NCBI GenBank assembly: GCA_041742135.1
Contig: JBGSJG010000004.1
Span: 299,773 to 363,772 of the forward strand
DNA length: 64,000 nucleotides
DNA from: Patescibacteria group bacterium
Lineage (GTDB): Bacteria; Patescibacteriota; Microgenomatia; UBA8517
Direction of reading: 5' to 3'
The position numbers and the translations under genes were made by a program. The number at the start of each line of letters is the position of its first letter. Within the stretch, counting starts at the first letter, position 1. Under the pieces are notes generated by a model, which saw nothing but the letters and a program-made list of their open reading frames with translations, made no database searches and was not told the DNA's origin. Below are positions 29,240 to 38,183 of this stretch, in pieces.

Positions 29240-29653
29240 TTATTCTCGGTCATCAAACTTCATAGTTTCTTGTGGGTCATGATTAAATAATTTGTGTGCA
29301 ATTCTCTTTACTTCGGCGATTAGGGTAGAATCGCCAATCGAACCTTTTTTGTGATTCAGAAAATGAGTGCTGAGTCTTCTAAGTTGTGGATTTACGGCAT
29401 TTGCAGCAGTTCTTGGGCCAGCAGGCTCTCCCGGGATGATAGTTGCTGTCCCAACTTCTTGGGTATCGCCAATATTGACCTCTCTCACTCTGCCGTCTTC
29501 GGGTAAGGTTGTTGGAGCGCCGTCGAATGTATTGGGGAATGCAGAATATTCAATTGGCACTGGAACATCTCCGATTGCTTGTCCGTTTCCCTCTGGCAGA
29601 GACGTGGGCTGTTCTGGTAAAGAATCTGGTTGGATTGGGGCTTCTGGTGTCAT
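29240..29653 (-). CDS. Hypothetical Pro-rich, likely disordered protein
   Basis: MTPEAP start; P/E/G-rich. Confidence 0.5.
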   Translation of the reverse strand: MTPEAPIQPDSLPEQPTSLPEGNGQAIGDVPVPIEYSAFPNTFDGAPTTLPEDGRVREVNIGDTQEVGTATIIPGEPAGPRTAANAVNPQLRRLSTHFLNHKKGSIGDSTLIAEVKRIAHKLFNHDPQETMKFDDRE

Positions 29654-29735
29654 GCCTCGTATTTTGCCCCAAATCAAAATTAAAGTCAAAGATAATCTTC
29701 AAGGTTGCTAATTTTTTGCATGATATACTGCCATT

Positions 29736-30260
29736 ATGAGCTCTTTTCCCAAAGTCATTTTGTATATGGCAACCTCAATAAACGGCTTTATAACTCGCGG
29801 CAATGATGATTCTGAGTGGGTTTCGGAGACTGACTGGAAAGAATTTGATAAATTAAAACGCGAAAGCGGGATAATAGTGATGGGCTCGCGAACGTATCTT
29901 CAATTTCAAAATGATTTTCCTCAAGAAGGCGCATTTAATGTTGTGATGACTCATGACACCAAACTATTGAGCAAGAATGTTGAAGAAGCTTTGTTTACTA
30001 ATAAAACTCCTGAGGAAGTTGTCGAGATGGCGGGCGCAAAAGGTTTTAGCCAGATTATGCTGATCGGAGGCATGCATCTAAACACTTCGTTTTTAAAGGC
30101 TGGACTTATTGATGAAATTTGGCTAGACATTCACCCAATTATTATCGGTGAAGGCAAGAGGGTTTTTGAAAATATGGATATTTTTACCAATCTGAAAATG
30201 ATAGAATCGAGAGACTTGGGCGAGGGGCAGGTTTTGGTGAAGTATGCAATTAAAAAATAA
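29736..30260 (+). CDS. Dihydrofolate reductase family (RibD C-terminal-like) protein
   Basis: MATSINGFI, VMGSRTY, IGG, GLIDEI...P.IIGEG. Confidence 0.88.
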   Translation: MSSFPKVILYMATSINGFITRGNDDSEWVSETDWKEFDKLKRESGIIVMGSRTYLQFQNDFPQEGAFNVVMTHDTKLLSKNVEEALFTNKTPEEVVEMAGAKGFSQIMLIGGMHLNTSFLKAGLIDEIWLDIHPIIIGEGKRVFENMDIFTNLKMIESRDLGEGQVLVKYAIKK

Positions 30261-30996
30261 AACAGCACTAGTAACAGGAGTTTCCCGGGGGATAGGCAAT
30301 GCTATCGCCAAAAGGCTTTCTTCTGAGGGCTTTCGTGTCATTGGAACTTACAACAGCTCAAGTGATGAAGCGCATAAACTTAAAGAAGAATTTGGCTCCA
30401 TCGAGCTTTATCAAGTCGATTTTTCGGATCGCACGCAAACACTTTCTTTTCTTGAAAAGCTCAAGAATGAAAAACTAGACGCCCTTGTCAATAACGCTGG
30501 TATTATCGAATTTGAAAGTTTCGACAACTTGGAGTATGACGTTTGGGATAGGGTGTTTGAAGTAAATTTGAACACACCATTTATTTTGTCCCATGGACTT
30601 AGAAAGAACTTTAATAAAGGTGCAGTGATAGTAAACATAGCAAGCACCGATGGTATGACAGGGGCATTTGTAAGTATGAGTTATTCAGCCAGTAAAGCCG
30701 CACTTATTAATCTCACCAAAAGCTTAGGAAATGTTTTTGGTAGCCGGGGGGTTAGAGTTGTCGCTATTGCACCCGGGTGGGTAGGATCAGGAATGGATTC
30801 TCCGGCAATTGAGGAGGCTAGGCACAACACTCCACTTGGACGAAACGCAACGTCCGATGAAATTGCGAACATTGTTAATTTTGTTGTTTCATCGGAGGCA
30901 AGCTTTATAAATGGCCAGACCATTGTTGTTGATGGTGGTTATGTTAATGTTGACCCAATATTAAAAAAGGAAGCCGAAGCTAGCGAGCATAAGTAA
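30244..30996 (+). CDS. SDR family oxidoreductase
   Basis: TGVSRGIG, NNAG, YSASK, PG. Confidence 0.95.
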   Translation: MQLKNKTALVTGVSRGIGNAIAKRLSSEGFRVIGTYNSSSDEAHKLKEEFGSIELYQVDFSDRTQTLSFLEKLKNEKLDALVNNAGIIEFESFDNLEYDVWDRVFEVNLNTPFILSHGLRKNFNKGAVIVNIASTDGMTGAFVSMSYSASKAALINLTKSLGNVFGSRGVRVVAIAPGWVGSGMDSPAIEEARHNTPLGRNATSDEIANIVNFVVSSEASFINGQTIVVDGGYVNVDPILKKEAEASEHK

Positions 30997-30999
30997 TTT

Positions 31000-31404
31000 A
31001 TGGAGGAAGGCACAAGAACTCAGACTTTTTACGATGACTTGAAGAATTCTGGAAGAAGCGACGAAGAAGTTGCGCAGGTCCGAAGTCGTTTGTCTGATAA
31101 AACCTCTGAGGAGGATAATTTTACCGGGTATTTTGTCCACGAGGCGCAAAACGCTTTTGGAATAATTCAGATGTATGGTGAGGCGGGTTTGGCGGTTGAG
31201 GAAGATGACTATGAAAGTTGTCGTACTCGGCTAATTCACGCTAAGCAAGGGCTTGATTGGTTTAAACACAACGGGCCGATATCGCAAGGTAAGATTGTTG
31301 AGTTTTTAGATGAGGTTGAAGGACTTGGCTCGTGGAACGCTGATGTTTTTTTGCGGGCTGAAGAAATGTACAAAAACTTAATGGAGCCATATGAGGAATT
31401 GTAA
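31000..31404 (+). CDS. Hypothetical protein
   Basis: In-operon acidic ORF. Confidence 0.55.
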   Translation: MEEGTRTQTFYDDLKNSGRSDEEVAQVRSRLSDKTSEEDNFTGYFVHEAQNAFGIIQMYGEAGLAVEEDDYESCRTRLIHAKQGLDWFKHNGPISQGKIVEFLDEVEGLGSWNADVFLRAEEMYKNLMEPYEEL

Positions 31405-31422
31405 AATAATTTATGAATAATT

Positions 31423-32424
31423 ATGAAATATAGAACTCTTGGTAAAACCAATTTAAAAATCTCAGAAGTTGGAATGGGGACTTGGCAGTTGGCCAATGAC
31501 CCTAATATGTGGGTTGGAGGCGACTTGGCCGAGAGCCTTCGAAGTATCTACGAGTATGTGGATCAGGGTGGGAATTTTATCGACTCGGCTTGGGTTTATG
31601 GTTACTCAGATGATTCGCCAGACAGGCATCCTTCGCACGAGTTAATTGGGAAATATTTAAAGGATTCAAAAAATCGCGACAAACTTGTTATTGCTTCCAA
31701 AGTTGCTCCAAAAAATTGGCACTGGCCAGCGCACCCAGAAGATAAACTTACAGACTGCTTTCCAGGTGCTCATATAGAAAAACAAGTCGAAGATTCGCTG
31801 AGAAGCCTAGGAGTCGACTATATAGATTTGATGCAGTTTCATGTTTGGAACGATGACTGGGCAGGCGACCCCAGTTGGCAAGAAACTGTAGCTAAAATCA
31901 TTAAATCTGGCAAAGTGAGATATTGGGGAATTTCAGCAAATGACTACCAGCCTGAGAACTGCCTTAAGGCGCTCGATACTGGTTTGATTTCTACTGTCCA
32001 GTTTATATTTAATATTTTTCATCAGAAGCCCGGAGAACAGCTGTTGCCTTACGCCGCCAAGAACAATATTGGATTAATTGCGCGAGTGCCGCTGGATGAG
32101 GGTGGATTGACCGGAAAATTTACGCTAGAAACTAAATTTGCAAAAGGGGATTTTAGGAATAATTTCTTTGGGGCAGGCCGCATGAAAGAACTAGCCAAAC
32201 GCACCGATGAACTGAAGAAGCTTTCAGGTTCAATTGGTACAACCATGACAGACATGGCTCTTAGGTGGATACTTTCCCATCCTGAAGTATCTACTGTGAT
32301 TCCTGGCATGAGGAAAGTACAATACGTAAGAGGAAATACAGCTGCAAGTGAGCACGGGCCACTCCCTGCCGATTTAATGATGAAGCTTAAAGAGCATTCC
32401 TGGGAGAGGAATTTTTATATTTAA
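31423..32424 (+). CDS. Aldo/keto reductase
   Basis: MKYRTLGKT, GMGTW, FIDSAWVYG, IASK, VIPGMR. Confidence 0.93.
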   Translation: MKYRTLGKTNLKISEVGMGTWQLANDPNMWVGGDLAESLRSIYEYVDQGGNFIDSAWVYGYSDDSPDRHPSHELIGKYLKDSKNRDKLVIASKVAPKNWHWPAHPEDKLTDCFPGAHIEKQVEDSLRSLGVDYIDLMQFHVWNDDWAGDPSWQETVAKIIKSGKVRYWGISANDYQPENCLKALDTGLISTVQFIFNIFHQKPGEQLLPYAAKNNIGLIARVPLDEGGLTGKFTLETKFAKGDFRNNFFGAGRMKELAKRTDELKKLSGSIGTTMTDMALRWILSHPEVSTVIPGMRKVQYVRGNTAASEHGPLPADLMMKLKEHSWERNFYI

Positions 32425-32429
32425 ACATA

Positions 32430-32813
32430 ATGAAAACAATTTTAGTTGACGCGGTTGATGCATTTGTAATTGAGGGTCAAGGGATTTATAAGCCGATGCA
32501 TAAGCTTCTTGAAGAATACCAAAACAGAAAAATTATTCTTACCGGAGCAAACGATCAGCAATTTGTCGAGTTTGGGCTAGATAAGGTGCCCTATGAGGTG
32601 TTTACGCTAAAGCATAATCCTGAGAAAACTGACCCCGAGTACTACAAAACAATGCTTGCGCATTTTAACTTACACCCAAAAGATTTAGTCTATTTTGAAC
32701 ACAATCCAAAAGCTGTAGATAGCGCAAGATCTGTTGGCATTAATTCATATTTTTACGATTTTGATAAAAAAGACCTAGATGCGTTAAAGAAATTTCTTGA
32801 CGAGAATTTATGA
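32430..32813 (+). CDS. Small HAD-like protein
   Basis: ILVDAVD, PEK.DP, FEH...AV..A..VGI. Confidence 0.7.
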   Translation: MKTILVDAVDAFVIEGQGIYKPMHKLLEEYQNRKIILTGANDQQFVEFGLDKVPYEVFTLKHNPEKTDPEYYKTMLAHFNLHPKDLVYFEHNPKAVDSARSVGINSYFYDFDKKDLDALKKFLDENL

Positions 32814-33283
32814 TAGACAAGGAAAAACTATTTGAATTCATTGACCGGGCTGGGAAGGCGACATATGCTGGTGGGGCAAAGCCTGAAGAAAATCCTCAGA
32901 GGCCGGGATTTTTTGAGATGGTTTACGATGAATCCCCTTATTCATATCGTGATAGCTACACTGGCCACTCACGCTCCGGTGGGCAAGAAATTGTAAGGCT
33001 TAACGGCAAGCCAATCTGGTGGTCTGGTTATGGTGGCGGAATGGTTGAAGGAAAAGAAGGCTTGGCATCTGAATGCTTTGAGTTTCTCAAAAAGGCACTT
33101 TCATGCGACGAAGAGGAGTTCGGATCTCTTCGTGGCCCGCACGAATTTGCAGATGGAGATTGGACTTATGTTTATCATCAAGACGGAGAGGTTACTGATT
33201 TTTATGGGCTTGAAGAAATATTTTATAAAGAGGAAAGAGTTTTCTGGCATAGGGCCGTCGGGGGAATTTTAAAACATGAGTAG
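32810..33283 (+). CDS. DUF5680-like protein
   Basis: KATYA, YRDSY.G, GQE.V, RGP, F.G.EEI pattern. Confidence 0.65.
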   Translation: MIDKEKLFEFIDRAGKATYAGGAKPEENPQRPGFFEMVYDESPYSYRDSYTGHSRSGGQEIVRLNGKPIWWSGYGGGMVEGKEGLASECFEFLKKALSCDEEEFGSLRGPHEFADGDWTYVYHQDGEVTDFYGLEEIFYKEERVFWHRAVGGILKHE

Positions 33284-33866
33284 TAGAATTTTGCTTCTCG
33301 ATATCGATGGAATTTTGATACTACGCGATCGGTACTTTAGTGAAAAGTATGCTGAGGAAAATAACGTTCCGCTTGATAAAATAACTGCATTTTTTAGAGG
33401 GCCTTTCAAAGAAGCCTTAACAGGCAAAGCTGATCTTCTTGAGATATTGCCCGAGTATTTGGCCGAATGGGGATGGAAAGGCACCACGGATGAGTTTTTA
33501 AAACTTTGGTTTGAAAGTGAGTGCAACGTCGACAATCGTGTTCTTGGTTTAATTGATGAAATCAGACAAAATGGAGCAAAAGTCTATTTAGCTTCTGATA
33601 ATGAGGCTCGCCGCGCGGAGTATCTGATAAATAAAGTTGGCTTGGAAGGACACGTCGATGGCTCTTTTTTCTCAAGCAGCGTTGGCGTCTCTAAAAGCGA
33701 CAATGCTTTTTTCGAAAGGGTTTTGGCCGCGATTCACACAAAAGCCCCAGACGTGGAATTTTGGGATGATGATCCAGAAAATGTTGAGGTAGCCAAACGA
33801 ATCGGCATTAACGGAAATGTCTATAGAGATTTTGAAGAATTTAAATCTAAACTGTTAAACCAATAA
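33276..33866 (+). CDS. HAD family hydrolase
   Basis: LLDIDGIL, ASDN, K, FWDD..ENV..A. Confidence 0.88.
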   Translation: MSSRILLLDIDGILILRDRYFSEKYAEENNVPLDKITAFFRGPFKEALTGKADLLEILPEYLAEWGWKGTTDEFLKLWFESECNVDNRVLGLIDEIRQNGAKVYLASDNEARRAEYLINKVGLEGHVDGSFFSSSVGVSKSDNAFFERVLAAIHTKAPDVEFWDDDPENVEVAKRIGINGNVYRDFEEFKSKLLNQ

Positions 33867-34345
33867 TGTTTAAAAGTCGTGCACCAAAAAATTACAAATG
33901 TCCGATTTGTTTGGGAGTGGATGGAGTTGAAAATGAAGATACGCTTCTTAAGCAAGCAGATCTTGTTTATCGCGACAAAGCAGTAAGTGTTTTTATAAAT
34001 TCTTTTTGGATCCCGACTTGCGAGGGGCACGTAATTGTAGTTCCAAACGAACACCATGAAAACCTTTACGACCTCCCAAAGAAATTAAACAATCATATCT
34101 ACGAAATCGTGCAAAAAATGGCTATAGCCATGAAAAAGGCATACAAATGTGATGGCATTACAACCAGGCAAAACAATGAGCCAGCAGGGGATCAGCACGC
34201 TTTTCATTTTCATCACCATGTTTTTCCCCGTTACGACGGCGATTCCTTTAATTTGAACTTGACCAAAAAGAGTGTGCTTTCTGATACATCCAAAAGACTT
34301 AAATATGTGGCAAAATTAAGAAAGGAATTGGAAAGATTAAAATGA
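33866..34345 (+). CDS. HIT family hydrolase
   Basis: CPIC, GHVIVVP, FHFHHHVFPR. Confidence 0.9.
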   Translation: MFKSRAPKNYKCPICLGVDGVENEDTLLKQADLVYRDKAVSVFINSFWIPTCEGHVIVVPNEHHENLYDLPKKLNNHIYEIVQKMAIAMKKAYKCDGITTRQNNEPAGDQHAFHFHHHVFPRYDGDSFNLNLTKKSVLSDTSKRLKYVAKLRKELERLK

Positions 34346-34560
34346 ACCATCCAAAACCTGGAAAATACAAACACTATAAAGGCAATTTTTATCGCGTGGT
34401 TGATGTAGTCAAGCATAGCGAGACTTTGGAAGAATTGGTGCTTTACGAAGCTTTATATGATAATCCCGAAAGCCGTCTTTGGGTGCGGCCCTTGGCTATG
34501 TTTATGGAAGATGTAGAAGTTGATGGCAAGAAAATTGCAAGATTTGAATTTGTTGAATAA
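34342..34560 (+). CDS. DUF1653 family protein
   Basis: GKYKHYKG..Y, HSET.E..V.Y, WVRP..MF. Confidence 0.9.
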   Translation: MNHPKPGKYKHYKGNFYRVVDVVKHSETLEELVLYEALYDNPESRLWVRPLAMFMEDVEVDGKKIARFEFVE

Positions 34561-34568
34561 AATTTTAT

Positions 34569-35048
34569 ATGTCTGAAAGAGAAAATGTCTGGGATGAATT
34601 TTTAGGGACTCCAGCGCGAGAACAAGGGAGGTTTTCTTTTTACCTTGTACCGGCCGAGCGTGAGCTCGGGGAGGGATCGCAATACACTCAAGTTACTGTC
34701 TGTAATTACGAACGCTGGGAAGGTGACTTTGCGCCGATAGTGCCAGAAGGTCCGTCTGTTAGTCTAATTCAGTTGGCGGTAGTTCATACACCTTTCGATG
34801 ATTACTGGAATGATATGAGAGAGCTATTGGAAGCGGGCGGGAAGTCGTATGAAGCTGTGAAGGCGAATATGGCTGTCGAGGGGTTTGTCCGTGAAACCGC
34901 CATGGTAGCTGATGCATACGCCCCTTTTGAAAATATTGTTGTCGGGCCAGACGAAAACACCCTTTCTTTCATCGACGAAAAGGGAGAGCCGGTTATAATC
35001 CTTGACAGATCAACAGGTGCATTTGAAGTCGTAAAGGAGCAACCTTGA
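34569..35048 (+). CDS. Hypothetical protein
   Basis: In-operon acidic ORF. Confidence 0.55.
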   Translation: MSERENVWDEFLGTPAREQGRFSFYLVPAERELGEGSQYTQVTVCNYERWEGDFAPIVPEGPSVSLIQLAVVHTPFDDYWNDMRELLEAGGKSYEAVKANMAVEGFVRETAMVADAYAPFENIVVGPDENTLSFIDEKGEPVIILDRSTGAFEVVKEQP

Positions 35049-35713
35049 AACTACTACTTACATCAGCTGGGCTTTCAAACGTCTATATTGCAAAAGCACT
35101 CAAGGATTTGATTGGCCCAGACAAACTGCACCGCATTCATCGCGTCGCATTTATTCCAACAGCGGCCAATGTCGAAGAAGGCGACAAAAGCTGGCTTATC
35201 AAGGATTTTGTAACCATCCAAGAATTTGGATACGAAGTTGATATTGTTGACATTTCTGCACTTCCCAAAGACGTCTGGCTACCAAGGCTTCAAGCGGCTA
35301 AAGTTTTATTTTTTGGAGGAGGCAATACTTTTCATCTGATGCATTGGATGAAAAAGTCGGGACTTACAGAGATTCTTCCCACGCTTCTTAAAACCCGTGT
35401 ATACGCCGGAATCAGCGCAGGCAGTTGTATCGCTGGACCAACAATTTTCAATTCGGTTCAAAACTTGTTTGGTGAAAAATACGACTTGAAGGAGAAACTT
35501 GGCTTAAACTTAGTGGATTTTCAGATAATCCCACACTTGGATTCGCCATACTTCAAAAATATTCGTGAAGAAAACTTGAAGGTCGCGGCTGAGCATATCG
35601 ACGAGCAGGTTTATGTTCTTGATGACAATTCAGCGATCAAAATAGACGGCCATAGAACTGTTGTCGTAGGGCAAGGAAAGCATCTGATAATTAATCCAAA
35701 TGAAAAAAATTGA
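35045..35713 (+). CDS. Peptidase S51 (peptidase E) family
   Basis: LLLTSAG, FIPTA, GGGNTF, GISAGS, PH. Confidence 0.9.
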   Translation: MKLLLTSAGLSNVYIAKALKDLIGPDKLHRIHRVAFIPTAANVEEGDKSWLIKDFVTIQEFGYEVDIVDISALPKDVWLPRLQAAKVLFFGGGNTFHLMHWMKKSGLTEILPTLLKTRVYAGISAGSCIAGPTIFNSVQNLFGEKYDLKEKLGLNLVDFQIIPHLDSPYFKNIREENLKVAAEHIDEQVYVLDDNSAIKIDGHRTVVVGQGKHLIINPNEKN

Positions 35714-35969
35714 GAAGAAAGTTTTGCCTAAGTATTTTAACGCACTAGCGAGTGGAAAGAAGAAGTATGAACTTCGTCTGGCAGACTGGGAGTGCGGTGA
35801 AGGAGATGTATTGATTCTTCGAGAATGGGATGGAGATAAAAAGGAATATACAGGTAGAGAATTAGAGAAAAAGGTGAGCTATGTAGCGCGGTTTAAAATT
35901 GAAGAACTCTTCTGGCCAAAAGAAGATATTGAGAAATTTGGAATCCAAATTATTTCACTAGCAGATTAA
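35700..35969 (+). CDS. ASCH/DUF3850 family protein
   Basis: YF....SGKK.YELR, GD.L.LREW, YTGR. Confidence 0.85.
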   Translation: MKKIEKKVLPKYFNALASGKKKYELRLADWECGEGDVLILREWDGDKKEYTGRELEKKVSYVARFKIEELFWPKEDIEKFGIQIISLAD

Positions 35970-36303
35970 TTCCTTGAAGCAAAAACCAGATTGAAATTCC
36001 AAAATAAAGGAGCCCGATCGCAAGCCCCACGCTTTGGCCTAGTTTGGTTTTATACTCATAGATAATGCTCGTGGGTTTAATTACCGCGAAACCTTTTGGT
36101 GTTACGTAGATATGGCATAAAGAAAAATAGACAAAGAAAATAAGAATAACAATGCCCCTGAGCGGGACCCATCCCGCAAAAGTCGCTTTTGGTACAAAGA
36201 GCGAAAGAATGAAGCTAATGATCAGGAATACGATTAAGATTAAAAGCCCACCCCCGGCGTATTTCCGATACAATTTGTTTATTTTTGTTATCTTGGAAGC
36301 CAT
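35950..36303 (-). CDS. Hypothetical membrane protein
   Basis: Three hydrophobic segments; TG-C-TACGAT 6 nt upstream. Confidence 0.6.
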   Translation of the reverse strand: MASKITKINKLYRKYAGGGLLILIVFLIISFILSLFVPKATFAGWVPLRGIVILIFFVYFSLCHIYVTPKGFAVIKPTSIIYEYKTKLGQSVGLAIGLLYFGISIWFLLQGINLLVK

Positions 36304-36538
36304 AATTTTATCGTAGCACCAGCCAAGCGCAATTTCATCTCTTACAGCTCTCTTTCGAGTTCTTCAACCCCGTCATAGTTTAAGGCTTCAATATATGAAT
36401 CACGATCGAATATTTAATTGTTTTACTGATGTTATCGATCTTTCTTAGTTATGTGGCTGGGCAAATCGATGTTTCATTTTTTGAGAGAGAAGCCAGAAAG
36501 TATATTAAACAAAAAAACGAAGAAGGGAGGTGATAATA

Positions 36539-37183
36539 ATGAACAAAACAGTTTTAGGAATATTTGGCAGTCAAAATGAGGCTGAGTCAGTTATACATAG
36601 ACTGCAAGAAGAAGGGTATAGCCCAAAAAACATGTCAATCATCATGAAAGACGCCGAGGAAGCCCGTGAGATTGAAAATAATACAGGAGCGGATGTAGCT
36701 CGTGGAGCAGTGTCCGGAGGAACCACAGGAGCGGTTTTGGGCGGTATTTTGGGTCTTATTGCTAGTGCAGCTATCCCGGGGCTTGGAACAATATTCGTGG
36801 GTGGGCCACTCGCGGCATCCTTGGGATTGACCGGAGCGGCTGCAACAACTGCTTCAGGAGCAGTAACTGGTGCGTTGGCAGGTGGTCTTTTGGGAGCTTT
36901 GACTGGGCTTGGATTGTCCAATGATGAAGCCCGTGTGTATGAAGAGCACATCAAGCAGGGCGGGATCCTCTTGGCAGTACCTGTAGAAGAAGCCCTGGAA
37001 GCGCACGTAAGGCAGACTCTAGCATCTCATGGCGCATATGACGTAACAGCTGTTAGCTTTACAGCTGACCACGCAAAAAGAAGCCGTAAACACGCAAAGT
37101 TTACAGATGAAGATGTCGATTATTCTGCGCACTACGCTGGTGCTAAGGGAGGTAGGGCAAGGGGAACTCGCGACGATTACTAG
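36539..37183 (+). CDS. General stress protein-like (Gly-zipper) membrane protein
   Basis: GA..GGILG..AIPGLG...GGPLA, GLS.DEA..YE..IK.G. Confidence 0.8.
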   Translation: MNKTVLGIFGSQNEAESVIHRLQEEGYSPKNMSIIMKDAEEAREIENNTGADVARGAVSGGTTGAVLGGILGLIASAAIPGLGTIFVGGPLAASLGLTGAAATTASGAVTGALAGGLLGALTGLGLSNDEARVYEEHIKQGGILLAVPVEEALEAHVRQTLASHGAYDVTAVSFTADHAKRSRKHAKFTDEDVDYSAHYAGAKGGRARGTRDDY

Positions 37184-37192
37184 TTTTTTTGT

Positions 37193-37218
37193 GGGCGGCC
37201 GCTTTCGGGCGGCTGCCC
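37193..37218. other. GC-rich stem-loop after the stress gene (possible terminator/stabiliser)
   Basis: GGGCGGCCGC-TTTCGG-GCGGCTGCCC; no U-tract on the 3' side in either orientation. Confidence 0.45.
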
Positions 37219-37268
37219 CGTAAGTGGACTTTGTTGCATGTGCCGGTAAGCGGTGCTATAAATAGTCA

Positions 37269-37811
37269 GTGAAAATAATTGGAATTCCGGGGAGTGTACG
37301 TTCAAATTCTTTTAACAGGGCGTTTTTGGAGTGGAGTGGAAAAGTGCTCTCTGAACACGGCGTCTCGATTGAAATAATCGATATATCACAGGTTCCCGTT
37401 GCCATTGGTGCGAGGGACGAGGTTCCTTCTGAAATTAGGGCGATAAAAGACTTGGTTAAAAAATCCGACGGAGTTTTGTTTTCAACCCCACAGTACAATT
37501 ACACTTTTCCCCGAGTCCTCAAAAACACAATTGACTGGATTGCTTTTCCTGATGATGACAACTCACTTGCTGGTAAAAAGGCATACATTATGGGCGTGTC
37601 GATGGATTCTACAGGAGTAATAAAAGCCGAAGAAAAGCTAAAAGCTTATCTTGTGTCATTGGGAATGCAGGTTTTTGATGGCAAGCCGGTTACAATTGAT
37701 CGTGCTGTTGAAAGTAATGTGTTCGATCAAAGCGGTGGCCTTATTGACAAGGGAGTGGAGGCAGAGTCGAAAAAAGTGCTCGGTGAATTTGCCGCTTGGC
37801 TAAAAGCGTAG
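37269..37811 (+). CDS. NADPH-dependent FMN reductase
   Basis: GS.R..SFN, STPQYN, LKN.IDW. Confidence 0.9.
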   Translation: MKIIGIPGSVRSNSFNRAFLEWSGKVLSEHGVSIEIIDISQVPVAIGARDEVPSEIRAIKDLVKKSDGVLFSTPQYNYTFPRVLKNTIDWIAFPDDDNSLAGKKAYIMGVSMDSTGVIKAEEKLKAYLVSLGMQVFDGKPVTIDRAVESNVFDQSGGLIDKGVEAESKKVLGEFAAWLKA

Positions 37812-37860
37812 CTTCTTTACTTCAATATATATTTTTAGCGTATAATTGTTGTACTTATAA

Positions 37861-37892
37861 CAAGATGTCAGGCTCAAACTTAGCAGTCGGAA
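37861..37892 (+). repeat. attL: original 5' end of ychF (MSGSNLAVG)
   Basis: 27/32 identical to 42968-42999; identical 12-bp core TAGCAGTCGGAA (37881-37892). Confidence 0.88.
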
Positions 37893-38082
37893 CTCACAGG
37901 ACGGGACTAAACCTCCAGGCTCAGACTATCAGTTAGAGCCAGAACCAACATTTTCTGAAGGGAAAGTAATCCCATTTCAGTTTACAGTGATGATGCCTCC
38001 ACCGAGGTATTATCCGATGATTTTGGAGAGGGATGAGAAGGGGAGGATAGTAAACTCCAAGTTTCCTGAAATGCAGTTTTAA
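37891..38082 (+). pseudogene. Detached C-terminal 63 codons of the island recombinase (in frame only in the excised attP form)
   Basis: Open frame NSQDGTK...IPFQFTVMMPPPRYY...ERDEKGRI...QF* in the same att-core phase as the recombinase remnant. Confidence 0.65.
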
Positions 38083-38183
38083 TAAAAAAAGATTGATTTT
38101 TCGAGGTAAATGATTGTTTTATATGTTGCCTTTTGATACACTACAAGCATATTTTACAAAAGACACTGCCTTAAAATTATGAA

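Noticed and set aside
29736-35969. Run of small enzymes (DHFR-like, SDR, AKR, HADs, HIT, peptidase E, ASCH) as part of the modification system
   Set aside because: It lies outside attL, has host-like composition and consists of common house-cleaning families with no coherent pathway.
37184-37218. Hairpin as a canonical intrinsic terminator or ncRNA
   Set aside because: The T-tract is on the 5' side of the stem and no RNA family could be recognised; kept only as a low-confidence stem-loop.
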